Positions 1 through 8,607 of a stretch of DNA of 39,949 bases are shown here, in pieces. Every line of letters starts with the position of its first letter. The stretch's first letter is position 1. The translations under genes and the position numbers were made by a program. The notes beneath the pieces are model-generated. The model saw only the letters and a program-made list of their open reading frames with translations. It was not told the DNA's origin and did not search any database. Source of the stretch: Bacillota bacterium (GTDB lineage: Bacteria; Bacillota_I; Bacilli_A; RF39; UBA660); NCBI GenBank assembly GCA_022771715.1, contig JALELF010000054.1:1-39949 (forward strand), written 5' to 3'.

Positions 1-54
1 TTCATTTTTGAACTCTAATGAATATGAAACAAATTTTTGTCCTTTTGAAGCCAT
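1..54 (-). CDS. IS3-family transposase OrfA (HTH), N-terminal fragment, partial
   Basis: ATG at 54 after AGGAGG. Translates MASKGQKFVSYSLEFKNE..., matching the YSxEFK start typical of IS3 OrfA. Not in the ORF track. Confidence 0.7.
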   Translation of the reverse strand, partial: MASKGQKFVSYSLEFKNE

Positions 55-141
55 AAAAAATACACCTCCTTTCGGAAGTGTATTATATCACTTTCTTTAA
101 ACTGCTTTTTTAATTGTGTCTACTCTAATGGGTGCAGTTCA
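1..141 (-). mobile_element. IS3-family (IS150/IS861-like) insertion sequence, left end; truncated by the window edge
   Basis: Minus strand from 141 reads TGAACTGCACCCATTAGAGTAGACA, resembling IS3-family terminal repeats (TG start, TGAACTGCACCC...AGACA). It is followed by an SD and an orfA-like start. The right IR is not in the window. Confidence 0.75.
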
Positions 142-160
142 CCATTAAGTTTGCTTTTTT

Positions 161-1945
161 TTATAATCCGCCACCACTTCCGAAAGAATCTAATTCTCTT
201 TCAGTAAGAACAACTCTTATTCTCATACGTCTACTTCCGCATACAAATAAAGCGTCTCCTTGATTATATTTTTTAATATTTTCTTTTTCGTTTTCATTTA
301 AATCTATAAGTAGTGACAAATCTTCAACAGCTTGTTTTTTTAGTCCCATTACTAAATAATAAGATGCATTATCAAATATTGCTTTACCTTGTGTTATTAC
401 TGCTCTATCACAGAAGTCACTAGGTTGCTGAGTGATAATAATAGTACCTGTATTATACTTTCTTGCACGTCTTTGAATTTGTGCTAAGAAGTCAGCACCT
501 AAAGTATTTTGATCACTTAATAATATATGGGCTTCATCTACCATTAATATAGTATTAACTCTTTTATCTAGAGTTAGTCCCCAAGCATATTTCAATATAT
601 TAAAGAATAAAGCATTTTTTACATTCGTATCAGCATTCATTAATTCTTTTATGTTAAATACTATAAAATCACTATTTGTCTTTATCGTTGTATGACCATC
701 GAAATAATATTTAAGTTCTTTAACAATTGGTCTAACTTTTAATTCAAGTCTTTCCAAAATATCTTTTTCATGTGTTCTATCTGGCATTGATAATAGCTTA
801 CCTTTAATTGTTGCATATACATCCTTAAATGTAGGAATATCATCTTTACCAAATCTTGTTAAATCACTATTAAAATCTATACCAAATCTACGATAAGTAT
901 CTTGTGCAATTTCGCTGAACATTGTAAGAACATCCTCTTCAATACTAGGATCATAATATTTCATAAAAGCTTTTAAGTTTTGAAGTGTTCTTGTAAGTAC
1001 AGTATAACCAAGTCCAGATTTTAAATCTTCTTCATCAACGTCAAGTGTAATATCAAGTGGATTTACCATACCATATTCTCCACCTTTACCAAGATCAATG
1101 AAATCTCCTCCATATAATCTTGTCATTTCTGAAAGTTCTCCTTCTGGATCTATTACGACAATTTGATGACCATTTCTAAAATTAGCACGTAAAAGTAATT
1201 TTGCAGCAGTTGATTTACCACTACCAGATGTACCTAAAATAATCATATTTGCATTATTTCTGTTATGCTCTTTTCTTATTTGATATAAGAATTGATTAAA
1301 TAGGATAACACCTCCAGAAAAATCTACGCCAAGAAGAGTTGATAAGCCTGGGTCTTTTATACTGTCAAATATAAATGGATACATTGCCGCAATTGTAGGC
1401 GATGGTATTGGTGTACCTATTCTATCTTCTACATCTTGTTTAGGATATATAGGTAGAATTGATTTAAATACCTGTTCTTGTTGAAATCTTAATGAAACTG
1501 CACGCATTTCCATTGATTCAATATAATTTTTAACTTGAACTTTTTTTATAGCCAAAGCTTCTTCTGAATCAGCAGAAACTACTACATGCATTTGAAAATC
1601 ATAGATTGCTGATTGTGTAGCCGCTAATTGTTGAATAAAATATTCAAGTGACTCATAATCTTGTCTAATTCTTTCTTGAATTGTTTTATCATTTTCATCT
1701 TGATATCGTTGTTTTAAATCTGCAATTTCTTTATTTAGCATTTTACTAATTACACTAAATGGTACTGGTATATGTTTAATTACAATTTTAATTCCTGGAA
1801 TACTGGTTAAATCAGCAAGAAAACCAGGTGATATAAATTTAGGATAACTAATTACTGACATTACTGTAGTATACTTATCACCTATAATAATATCTGCTGG
1901 TCTAAATTGTAAACCTTTAGGAGCTATTTCTGATTTTAAAGACAT
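161..1945 (-). CDS. virB4: VirB4/ConE/TraE-like type IV secretion ATPase
   Basis: Walker A GTSGSGKS, VIDPEGE motif, Walker B LMVDEAH, RRARKYN and ITQQP motifs. Downstream of PrgI- and VirB6-like genes. Confidence 0.88.
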   Translation of the reverse strand: MSLKSEIAPKGLQFRPADIIIGDKYTTVMSVISYPKFISPGFLADLTSIPGIKIVIKHIPVPFSVISKMLNKEIADLKQRYQDENDKTIQERIRQDYESLEYFIQQLAATQSAIYDFQMHVVVSADSEEALAIKKVQVKNYIESMEMRAVSLRFQQEQVFKSILPIYPKQDVEDRIGTPIPSPTIAAMYPFIFDSIKDPGLSTLLGVDFSGGVILFNQFLYQIRKEHNRNNANMIILGTSGSGKSTAAKLLLRANFRNGHQIVVIDPEGELSEMTRLYGGDFIDLGKGGEYGMVNPLDITLDVDEEDLKSGLGYTVLTRTLQNLKAFMKYYDPSIEEDVLTMFSEIAQDTYRRFGIDFNSDLTRFGKDDIPTFKDVYATIKGKLLSMPDRTHEKDILERLELKVRPIVKELKYYFDGHTTIKTNSDFIVFNIKELMNADTNVKNALFFNILKYAWGLTLDKRVNTILMVDEAHILLSDQNTLGADFLAQIQRRARKYNTGTIIITQQPSDFCDRAVITQGKAIFDNASYYLVMGLKKQAVEDLSLLIDLNENEKENIKKYNQGDALFVCGSRRMRIRVVLTERELDSFGSGGGL

Positions 1946-2496
1946 TATTTAACACCTACCGTTCCAAATGTAGTTTGTACACCACCATTTAAGAAATTAT
2001 CCAAAATTATTCTTAAATCTTCATTACTTGTTTGAGTGGTTGTTAATCCAGCATTAGCAAAATGTGTTATTAAATTACGAATTCTTTTATTAATTTCATC
2101 AGTATTTTTTTCTTTAAATAACAAATAATATTCTGTATCAACTATATCATTATTTATAAAGTAATCACACTTATTTAAATCCTCTAATATTATTTTTCTT
2201 CTAGCCGGATTTTGTTCTTTATTAAATTGCATTTGTAATTCTGATATATAAACTTGTATATCTACAGGTCTATCAGCAACCACTAGCCAAAATTCATAAT
2301 TAATTGTATTATAAACAATTTTTAAATTATCGATTATAGCATTTTGTGTATATGGATCTGTTATAAATATGTTTCTTGGTTGTATTTTAATACCTGTTAC
2401 TTTAAAATCATTATCTAAAACAATCATACCATTTATTATATTTCTTACTGGTACATTATCTTCAGTAAATTTACTTTGATTTATTTTTTGTGCCAT
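1945..2496 (-). CDS. VirB4-associated protein, resembling a separately encoded VirB4 N-terminal domain
   Basis: Stop overlaps the virB4 start (TAATG). Soluble alpha/beta protein lying between the PrgI-like gene and virB4. ATG at 2496 preferred to the track's GTG at 2502. Confidence 0.55.
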   Translation of the reverse strand: MAQKINQSKFTEDNVPVRNIINGMIVLDNDFKVTGIKIQPRNIFITDPYTQNAIIDNLKIVYNTINYEFWLVVADRPVDIQVYISELQMQFNKEQNPARRKIILEDLNKCDYFINNDIVDTEYYLLFKEKNTDEINKRIRNLITHFANAGLTTTQTSNEDLRIILDNFLNGGVQTTFGTVGVK

Positions 2497-2788
2497 TTGC
2501 ACACCAACCTTTCCATATAAACTTTTGTCTTGTTGTATAGAATTGATAAATTAATACTAAAACTGTTAATGTATTGTGATAGTTAGCTACAGGGAAAACT
2601 AATAAAGCAGTTGTCAATAATGGTAGTAATTTTATAACTACTATTGGTATTGAACTTGATTTAATTATTATTAGCATTAATACTGTAGCTAATGCACCAC
2701 AACCAAATATTATCAAATCTATTGGTCTAAATATACCAAATATTAACATTGATTTTTTTGAATTGGCTGGTATTAAAAATTGATTCAT
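2471..2788 (-). CDS. PrgI/VirB3-like small membrane protein
   Basis: 105 aa, two hydrophobic helices, N-terminal FLIPAN...LIFG pattern, canonical position between VirB6 and VirB4, SD AGGTG. Confidence 0.65.
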   Translation of the reverse strand: MNQFLIPANSKKSMLIFGIFRPIDLIIFGCGALATVLMLIIIKSSSIPIVVIKLLPLLTTALLVFPVANYHNTLTVLVLIYQFYTTRQKFIWKGWCANGTKNKSK

Positions 2789-2808
2789 TTAGTATCACAC
2801 CCTTTTTA

Positions 2809-5049
2809 TTAGAAACCTCTATGATCATCATCAATTATATTTTGATTATTGTGATTAGAAGGTTGACTATTATTATTTGTATTGATTGGTCTATTAACTT
2901 GTCCACTTGCTTGTGAGTTTCCAGAAGATATTGGTCTACCACTACTATCAACTATACCACTAGGTCTAGTTTGTTGATTATTAGATGGTTGTGGAGCTCC
3001 ATTACCCTGCATATTTGTAAAACCTTCACGAATAGCTGCTGTAATAGAATCTTGTAATTGTTGATTTCTGTTTGTATTAGAAACACCAGTTTGATCAAAT
3101 TCTGGCAACACGATTGTTCCGTTTTCTTTTCCTTCTTCTTTTGCTTTTCTTTTAATTTCTTCAACGGTAGTAACATAACTAGAAACGTTAGATTGAACTT
3201 TATGTCTATCTTCTGCTGCACTAAATGCTGCATATCTTTCAGCATCAGCTTTATGTTGAATTTTGATTTTATCAAAGTCTGCCTTTGATTTATCATAATC
3301 AGCTGCAGCTTTTGCAGATGCAATTCTTGCTTTATTTACAGCTTCAGCACCATTATATGTTTTATTACCCTCTCTATATTGAACTTCTTCTCCAGATTCA
3401 TAACGCATTTTCATTTTTTCATATTCGCCAGCAATTGTATCTCTTCTTTCCTTGGCCTTATCCATTGTTTCTACTTTAGCACCAAAGTCTTTAGAACTAT
3501 ATATGTCATATTTCTTTTTATCATCAACTGCTCCATTTGTCAATGTCCTTTGATATAATCTTTCTCCCTCTTTATATTCTTCTCTTGTTTTCTTATAGTC
3601 CTTACTTCTAAAGTTTTCTTGATATGCTTTATGCATATTTCCACCTAATTTATCAGTACCTTTTAAACCAGCGGAAGTAATCTTTTCTTTAGCAGATGAA
3701 CCAAGGGCATGCCAACGAGCACCTATTCTCTCACCAGTTTCACCCATTCCTTCTTTAAATCCTGTACCAAATTTTTCACCTTTAATAGCGCTACCTGTTC
3801 CTTTAAACAATGATTTAGCAGTTCCCCAAGCAGCTCTACCAGCTATCATACCTGCACCTCCAAGTGCAGTTGCACCTGCTGTAGCAAGTCCACCAACTAA
3901 TGGAACAGAACCTAATTTTTTGAATGCATTAAATGTCATTTTACCAGCACCCTTAATGCCTAATATATCTTCAAGTAGTTTAGGGAATTCTTTAGCAAAT
4001 AACAATATTCCAAGCATAACAAACACTGTAACCATAGAGAACTGATTAGTTCCACCAGTTACAAATGAGAAAATACCACCATCTGTATTAATAGTAATAA
4101 TTGCACTTAGTGCAAATGTTATTACCAAAACTCTAATAAATAAACTAGCCCACGTTGAAACACATTCTTTTCCCCAGTTAGCTAAAGTGTTGTTTTTTTG
4201 TTGAGGCGATAGTGACAAAATAATTGGGATAGGTGCAATGATTTGTAAAAAGCTTAATTTAACTGACCTTACTGCCAAATCTAAACAAAAGCCAATCATA
4301 ATCCAAGCTAAAAAGCCTCCAACTACTGTAGATATTGGATAATTATAATCAAACAAATAGAAAGCATCTGCTTTATAAAAATCTCCACCACTATTAGAAG
4401 TAAAAATACCAGTAGTATTAGCAATTTCAGATTGCATAATTGTTTTTAAATCATAATTAGCCAAAGCAGCTTTATATGCTGTACCGGGATTATGATTAGT
4501 TGTATCTTCCTTATTAAGTGCTGCTTCACATGCAGCAGAAATTGACACACCTTCATATGTTCTACATTCTTCTAAATAAGATGTAGGTTTAAAAAATGTT
4601 AAAAAAGCGTAAGTTGAAATAGCATTATTTTTATTGGCATCATCAGTTTGACTAGATGTATCACCAAGTAAAACTTTATCAATAACATGATTTTGAAATA
4701 TAATTTTTTGTAAATAATAAGCTTCATTAAAAATAGTAGGTACACTAACTAATAGTGCCATAGTTATTACAATTTTTTTAATAAGAGCCGCTCCACCCTT
4801 TTGCTTATCAGTAAAAGAGTCAGGATTTATAATATAATTTATAAAGGAAAAGCCAAGCTTAAAAAACATGATTATACTAACTAAAACATAAATTCTACTA
4901 GCAAAGCTTTCAATTTGTGTTTGAGTAAAAATGGAAGCTTCTGATAACATAGAAAAAAGCCAGTAAGCTTGATCAACTAGCCAATACACACCAGTATCAA
5001 TAAGTAAAAATAAATTTCTAAATACACTTGTAACTGAGCCTGTACTCAT
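2809..5049 (-). CDS. Extended VirB6-like polytopic membrane protein
   Basis: Several TM segments with the VirB6-type RSVKLSFLQIIAPIPI...WGKE pattern, then Gly/Ala-rich, charged helical and N/Q/S low-complexity tail regions. Confidence 0.7.
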   Translation of the reverse strand: MSTGSVTSVFRNLFLLIDTGVYWLVDQAYWLFSMLSEASIFTQTQIESFASRIYVLVSIIMFFKLGFSFINYIINPDSFTDKQKGGAALIKKIVITMALLVSVPTIFNEAYYLQKIIFQNHVIDKVLLGDTSSQTDDANKNNAISTYAFLTFFKPTSYLEECRTYEGVSISAACEAALNKEDTTNHNPGTAYKAALANYDLKTIMQSEIANTTGIFTSNSGGDFYKADAFYLFDYNYPISTVVGGFLAWIMIGFCLDLAVRSVKLSFLQIIAPIPIILSLSPQQKNNTLANWGKECVSTWASLFIRVLVITFALSAIITINTDGGIFSFVTGGTNQFSMVTVFVMLGILLFAKEFPKLLEDILGIKGAGKMTFNAFKKLGSVPLVGGLATAGATALGGAGMIAGRAAWGTAKSLFKGTGSAIKGEKFGTGFKEGMGETGERIGARWHALGSSAKEKITSAGLKGTDKLGGNMHKAYQENFRSKDYKKTREEYKEGERLYQRTLTNGAVDDKKKYDIYSSKDFGAKVETMDKAKERRDTIAGEYEKMKMRYESGEEVQYREGNKTYNGAEAVNKARIASAKAAADYDKSKADFDKIKIQHKADAERYAAFSAAEDRHKVQSNVSSYVTTVEEIKRKAKEEGKENGTIVLPEFDQTGVSNTNRNQQLQDSITAAIREGFTNMQGNGAPQPSNNQQTRPSGIVDSSGRPISSGNSQASGQVNRPINTNNNSQPSNHNNQNIIDDDHRGF

Positions 5050-5065
5050 ATTACACCACCTTTTT

Positions 5066-5863
5066 CTAATTCAAAAGTTGATCTATACAACTCATTACTT
5101 CAGAACCACCTGAAACAATATTAATAATCATTTCCACAATAACAAAGCTTAATAAAACTATAACTGCTGCTGCAAATCTTTTTAAACAATGCTTTTGTGT
5201 TTTCTTTATAGTACTCTCGTCAGAAGTAGCTGCTGCTTTTGCCATGTCAATAGTAGCAAAAACAACCAAAGTAAGTGGAGCACCAATTTTTAATATTTCA
5301 TAAGCATACTTTAACAATTTAAAAGCAGGAACATCGCTTGGACATCCACCATTTAAAGCTGTAGTGTATGTCAGTTTAGATGGATTAGCATTACCGAATT
5401 TATACGCTAACAATTCATCAAGGCCTCCAACATCAGCTTCTCTTAATTCTTTTTTTAAATGATATGTTCCTAATCCAAAAGCACAATTTGAACAAGTTCC
5501 TTCCTCAATATAAACTTTATCACCACATTCACAAAGTTGTTGTGGACACTTTGTAATTAAATAATTAGGATCTGATAAGGCATCATGCGTTGAATTAACA
5601 CCCGTAGGTGCATTAGCACCAGCACCATTATAAACAAATTTACTTTCTTCTAGCTTATTATCAAATATAAAAGGTAAAAATCCTTCATCACCAGCTCTAT
5701 ACATATCAAATTTAACTTTTGAACCAACTACGTGCAAAGCTCCTTGAATGGCATTATCTGCCCACTTGTCATAAACACATACTTTATAATTAGCTGCACT
5801 AACATCATTCATAAAAGCAAAACACAATATTAATGTACTAAACATATATATAAGTTTTTTCAT
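5066..5863 (-). CDS. Secreted Cys-containing domain fused to a C-terminal VirB2/TrbC-like pilin domain
   Basis: Signal peptide MKKLIYMFSTLILCFAFMNDVSA (ATG at 5863). C-terminal two-helix hairpin with a basic loop (IDMAKA...IKK...KRFAAAVIVLL). First gene of the T4SS-like operon. Confidence 0.65.
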   Translation of the reverse strand: MKKLIYMFSTLILCFAFMNDVSAANYKVCVYDKWADNAIQGALHVVGSKVKFDMYRAGDEGFLPFIFDNKLEESKFVYNGAGANAPTGVNSTHDALSDPNYLITKCPQQLCECGDKVYIEEGTCSNCAFGLGTYHLKKELREADVGGLDELLAYKFGNANPSKLTYTTALNGGCPSDVPAFKLLKYAYEILKIGAPLTLVVFATIDMAKAAATSDESTIKKTQKHCLKRFAAAVIVLLSFVIVEMIINIVSGGSEVMSCIDQLLN

Positions 5864-5902
5864 ATAATCACTCATCTCTAAATAGAATAATTTACTATAA
5901 AT

Positions 5903-5932
5903 ATAATACACTATATTTGTCTATAAAGTCAA
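5903..5932 (-). promoter_or_regulatory. Putative sigma-A promoter of the T4SS-like operon
   Basis: TTGACT-18 nt-TATTAT upstream of 5863, just after the SPFH gene terminator. Confidence 0.5.
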
Positions 5933-5953
5933 TTATAGATATATAGTTATGAC

Positions 5954-5980
5954 AAAAAAAGTGTCTATTCAAACACTTTA
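5954..5980 (-). terminator. Intrinsic terminator after the SPFH gene
   Basis: AAAGTGTTT-GAAT-AGACACTTT followed by a T run. Confidence 0.65.
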
Positions 5981-6856
5981 TCTTGTTTTAGCTTTATCAT
6001 CTATTGGATTAACTGGAAAAGTAAAACCATTATTTCCACTATTTCTAATTACAGTTTGTGTTTTATCAGCGTATCTAGACTCAATATCATAATTAGCAGC
6101 TTCTTGTGGAGTCAAGTTAGATTTTTGAATTTCTCTTAAAGAATTAGCTTTAGCAACACCCTCATGAGTGGCAATTTCTTCATATAACTGAGAAACTTTT
6201 AATTTGCTTTGTGCTTCTAATTCTCTTCTTTCATTTTCGTTCTTAGTTTCTAATAATCTTCTTTCATTTTCAGCTCTTTGAGCTTCTCTTTGTCTGCTAG
6301 CTTCTTCATACTCTTTTGGTGGAATTATATCAGTTAATCTAATCTCATTTATTCTTATACCATATTTTTGTTCAAATTCTTCTAAATCTTTTTTTAATAC
6401 TTCTGCAGCACCCTTAGCATTTATATCAAAGTTTTTCTTTGACAATGTTACATAATCTCTTTCTTTTATATAATTCTTTAATCCTTGCAATAAAAGTGCA
6501 TCAAAGATTTTCCCAACATTATCGGAAGAATAAACATATTTTATAGGATCTACTATAGTAGAAGTCCAACTGAAAAAGCATCCAACATCAAATCCTTCTT
6601 TTGAACTTGCCTTTAAAGGTTCAGCAAAACTTCCAGGAGTAGCTACATTTGAAGCATTAACTACAGCTTTTACTACATAGAAAGGTTTAAAAGATGTTCC
6701 CATTTTTATTATAACAGGTTTACGTGAAATAACATTTTCCGCAACTAAAACTTTAGAATTTTGAACATTATAAATAGAGCCTAAAAAACATCTATATCTG
6801 CCATCAACTTTTTTACTTTTTTTTACATTTTCATTTTTTTCTTTATTTTCTGCCAT
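5978..6856 (-). CDS. SPFH/band-7 (prohibitin/HflC-like) domain protein
   Basis: YGIRINEIRLTDIIPPKEYEEA motif followed by an E/R/A-rich coiled coil. No clear N-terminal TM helix. Confidence 0.65.
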   Translation of the reverse strand: MAENKEKNENVKKSKKVDGRYRCFLGSIYNVQNSKVLVAENVISRKPVIIKMGTSFKPFYVVKAVVNASNVATPGSFAEPLKASSKEGFDVGCFFSWTSTIVDPIKYVYSSDNVGKIFDALLLQGLKNYIKERDYVTLSKKNFDINAKGAAEVLKKDLEEFEQKYGIRINEIRLTDIIPPKEYEEASRQREAQRAENERRLLETKNENERRELEAQSKLKVSQLYEEIATHEGVAKANSLREIQKSNLTPQEAANYDIESRYADKTQTVIRNSGNNGFTFPVNPIDDKAKTR

Positions 6857-6880
6857 ATTTGTCCCTCTTTCATTTCAAGT

Positions 6881-6909
6881 ACTCTAACATATTTACATCA
6901 AAAAGTCAA
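6881..6909 (-). promoter_or_regulatory. Putative sigma-A promoter of the SPFH gene
   Basis: TTGACT-17 nt-TAGAGT with an extended -10 TG. Confidence 0.45.
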
Positions 6910-7050
6910 TTAATACAACTATATTATAACATAATTTATATAGTATAGTAAATCACTAATAACAAGTAAATGTAAACCAGTGTAAAACAATCACATAATT
7001 TTTGACAATTCTATCATTATTTAAACACAAATACAAACTATAATGTATTT

Positions 7051-7213
7051 GAAAAGAGGAAATTTACAACATACAAAACTCTCTTAAATAAAATATAAAT
7101 TTGTAAATTTATTACAATACACTCACTATTAATGCTTACTGTTAACAAGCAATATAAAATACCCAAAACTTTTAAGTGTTTTCTCTTTTCAAAGTTGTCA
7201 AAAACAACTTTTT
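7051..7213 (+). ncRNA. Candidate small non-coding RNA
   Basis: TATAAT at 7039-7044. 5' GAAAAGAGGAAA pairs with TTTTCTCTTTTC (7179-7190). Terminator AAAGTTGT-CAAAA-ACAACTTT plus T run. No good -35 element. Confidence 0.4.
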
Positions 7214-7220
7214 TTATTTA

Positions 7221-7243
7221 TAAAAAAAGAAGCATAAGCTTCT
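7221..7243 (-). terminator. Intrinsic terminator after fmt
   Basis: AGAAGC-TTAT-GCTTCT followed by a T run. Confidence 0.6.
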
Positions 7244-8204
7244 AATCTAATACTCTGCCAATAAATTCTTCTTTATTAACTCCATTTAAGAATTCCTTAG
7301 CGCTCATTTTATTTTTACCTTCTAGTTGAACTTCAGTAAAAACAATTTCACCATTTGAAACCTTAACTCCAAATCCATTGTCATATATATTAGTTATTTG
7401 TCCATCAAACATAGCAGGAAAATAATTATCAGTTACATAACTATTCCATACTTTTAATATTTTTCCTTCATATAGACAGTAGGCTCCTGGCCAAGAATTT
7501 AAACCTCTTATTTGATTATGAATATCTCTTTTTGTTTTAGAGAAATCTATTCTTTCATCTTCTCTTTTAATTGTAAAAGCAAAAGTTACTTCATCTCTAT
7601 TTTGCTTTGTTCTACTATTTGTTCCATTAATAATAGATGGTAATGTTTCTATCAATAATTTAGCTCCTAATACGCTTAATTTGTCATGTAAACTACTTGC
7701 AGTATCAGTATCAAGAATAGGAGTTTCTACTTGTGAAATAATATCACCATCATCCATTTTTTCATTCATATACATAATAGTGATACCAGTTTTACTGTGC
7801 CCATCCATAATAGCTCTATGAATAGGGGCTCCACCTCTTAATTTAGGAAGTAATGAAGCATGGACATTTATACAACCAAGTCTTGGAATATCCAATATTT
7901 CTTTAGGTACAATTTGTCCATAAGCACATGTTACAATCAAATCAGGATTAATATGCTTTACTTCTTCAACAACATCTTTAATTTTTTCTGGTTGTAATGT
8001 TAGTATAACACGTTTGTCAGCTTCTACTTTAACTGGAGGATGTACCATTTCTTGTTTCCTACCAACCATTCTATCAGGTTGAGTAATTACACATGAAACT
8101 TTATAATTATCATCTAAAGCCTTCAAAACAGGTACAGCAAAATCTGGTGTACCCATAAATATAATTTTCAATTTTTTTTCTGGATTTAATTTTTCTAAAT
8201 TCAT
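7242..8204 (-). CDS. fmt: Methionyl-tRNA formyltransferase
   Basis: FMGTPDFA, TQPDR, INVHASLLPKLRGGAPI, MDDGDI and IRGLNSWPGA motifs. Confidence 0.97.
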   Translation of the reverse strand: MNLEKLNPEKKLKIIFMGTPDFAVPVLKALDDNYKVSCVITQPDRMVGRKQEMVHPPVKVEADKRVILTLQPEKIKDVVEEVKHINPDLIVTCAYGQIVPKEILDIPRLGCINVHASLLPKLRGGAPIHRAIMDGHSKTGITIMYMNEKMDDGDIISQVETPILDTDTASSLHDKLSVLGAKLLIETLPSIINGTNSRTKQNRDEVTFAFTIKREDERIDFSKTKRDIHNQIRGLNSWPGAYCLYEGKILKVWNSYVTDNYFPAMFDGQITNIYDNGFGVKVSNGEIVFTEVQLEGKNKMSAKEFLNGVNKEEFIGRVLD

Positions 8205-8208
8205 ATAT

Positions 8209-8589
8209 CTAGACCCCTTCTACACAATCAGGTATATTTACATCTGAAACAGGCGCAACTATATCGATTATCCATCCTACAAAAACAGATGTTAAAAGCA
8301 ATAAAACTACTGCAATTAATCTTTTTACAGTTCTACTAAAAGCATTTTTTAAATCATCATCTTTAGAACCGCCTATAACTTGAATAAAATCTACCGCTGT
8401 TAAAACTATAGCTAGTCCAACACCAGCAAACTCCACAAATTTAAATGCGTTCTTAAGCCAAGTGTTTAATTCACTACCAACTGCATCACAACCATCTAGT
8501 ACTTGAAATAAATTCAAATCAAATGCTTTAGTACTCACTGGTATAAACAAAGTTAATAATATAAGTAACATAATAAATTTCTTTTTCAT
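8209..8589 (-). CDS. VirB2/TrbC-like pilin
   Basis: Signal peptide, two hydrophobic helices around a charged loop (VDFIQVIGGSKDDDLKNAFSRTVKRLIAVVLLLL). Aligns by eye with the C-terminus of 5066-5863. Confidence 0.65.
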   Translation of the reverse strand: MKKKFIMLLILLTLFIPVSTKAFDLNLFQVLDGCDAVGSELNTWLKNAFKFVEFAGVGLAIVLTAVDFIQVIGGSKDDDLKNAFSRTVKRLIAVVLLLLTSVFVGWIIDIVAPVSDVNIPDCVEGV

Positions 8590-8607
8590 ATAATCACCAC
8601 TAACTAA

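Noticed and set aside
7038-7166. Hydrophobic ~42-codon minus-strand ORF (LGILYCLLTVS...) antisense to the candidate sRNA, suggesting a type I toxin-antitoxin pair
   Set aside because: It has only a TTG start with no properly spaced SD or promoter. The reverse complement of A/C-rich DNA gives hydrophobic ORFs by chance.
6999-7204. Outer inverted repeat TTTTTGACAA...TTGTCAAAAA suggesting a MITE
   Set aside because: Only about 10 AT-rich bp with no target duplication seen; the right copy is better explained as part of the terminator hairpin.
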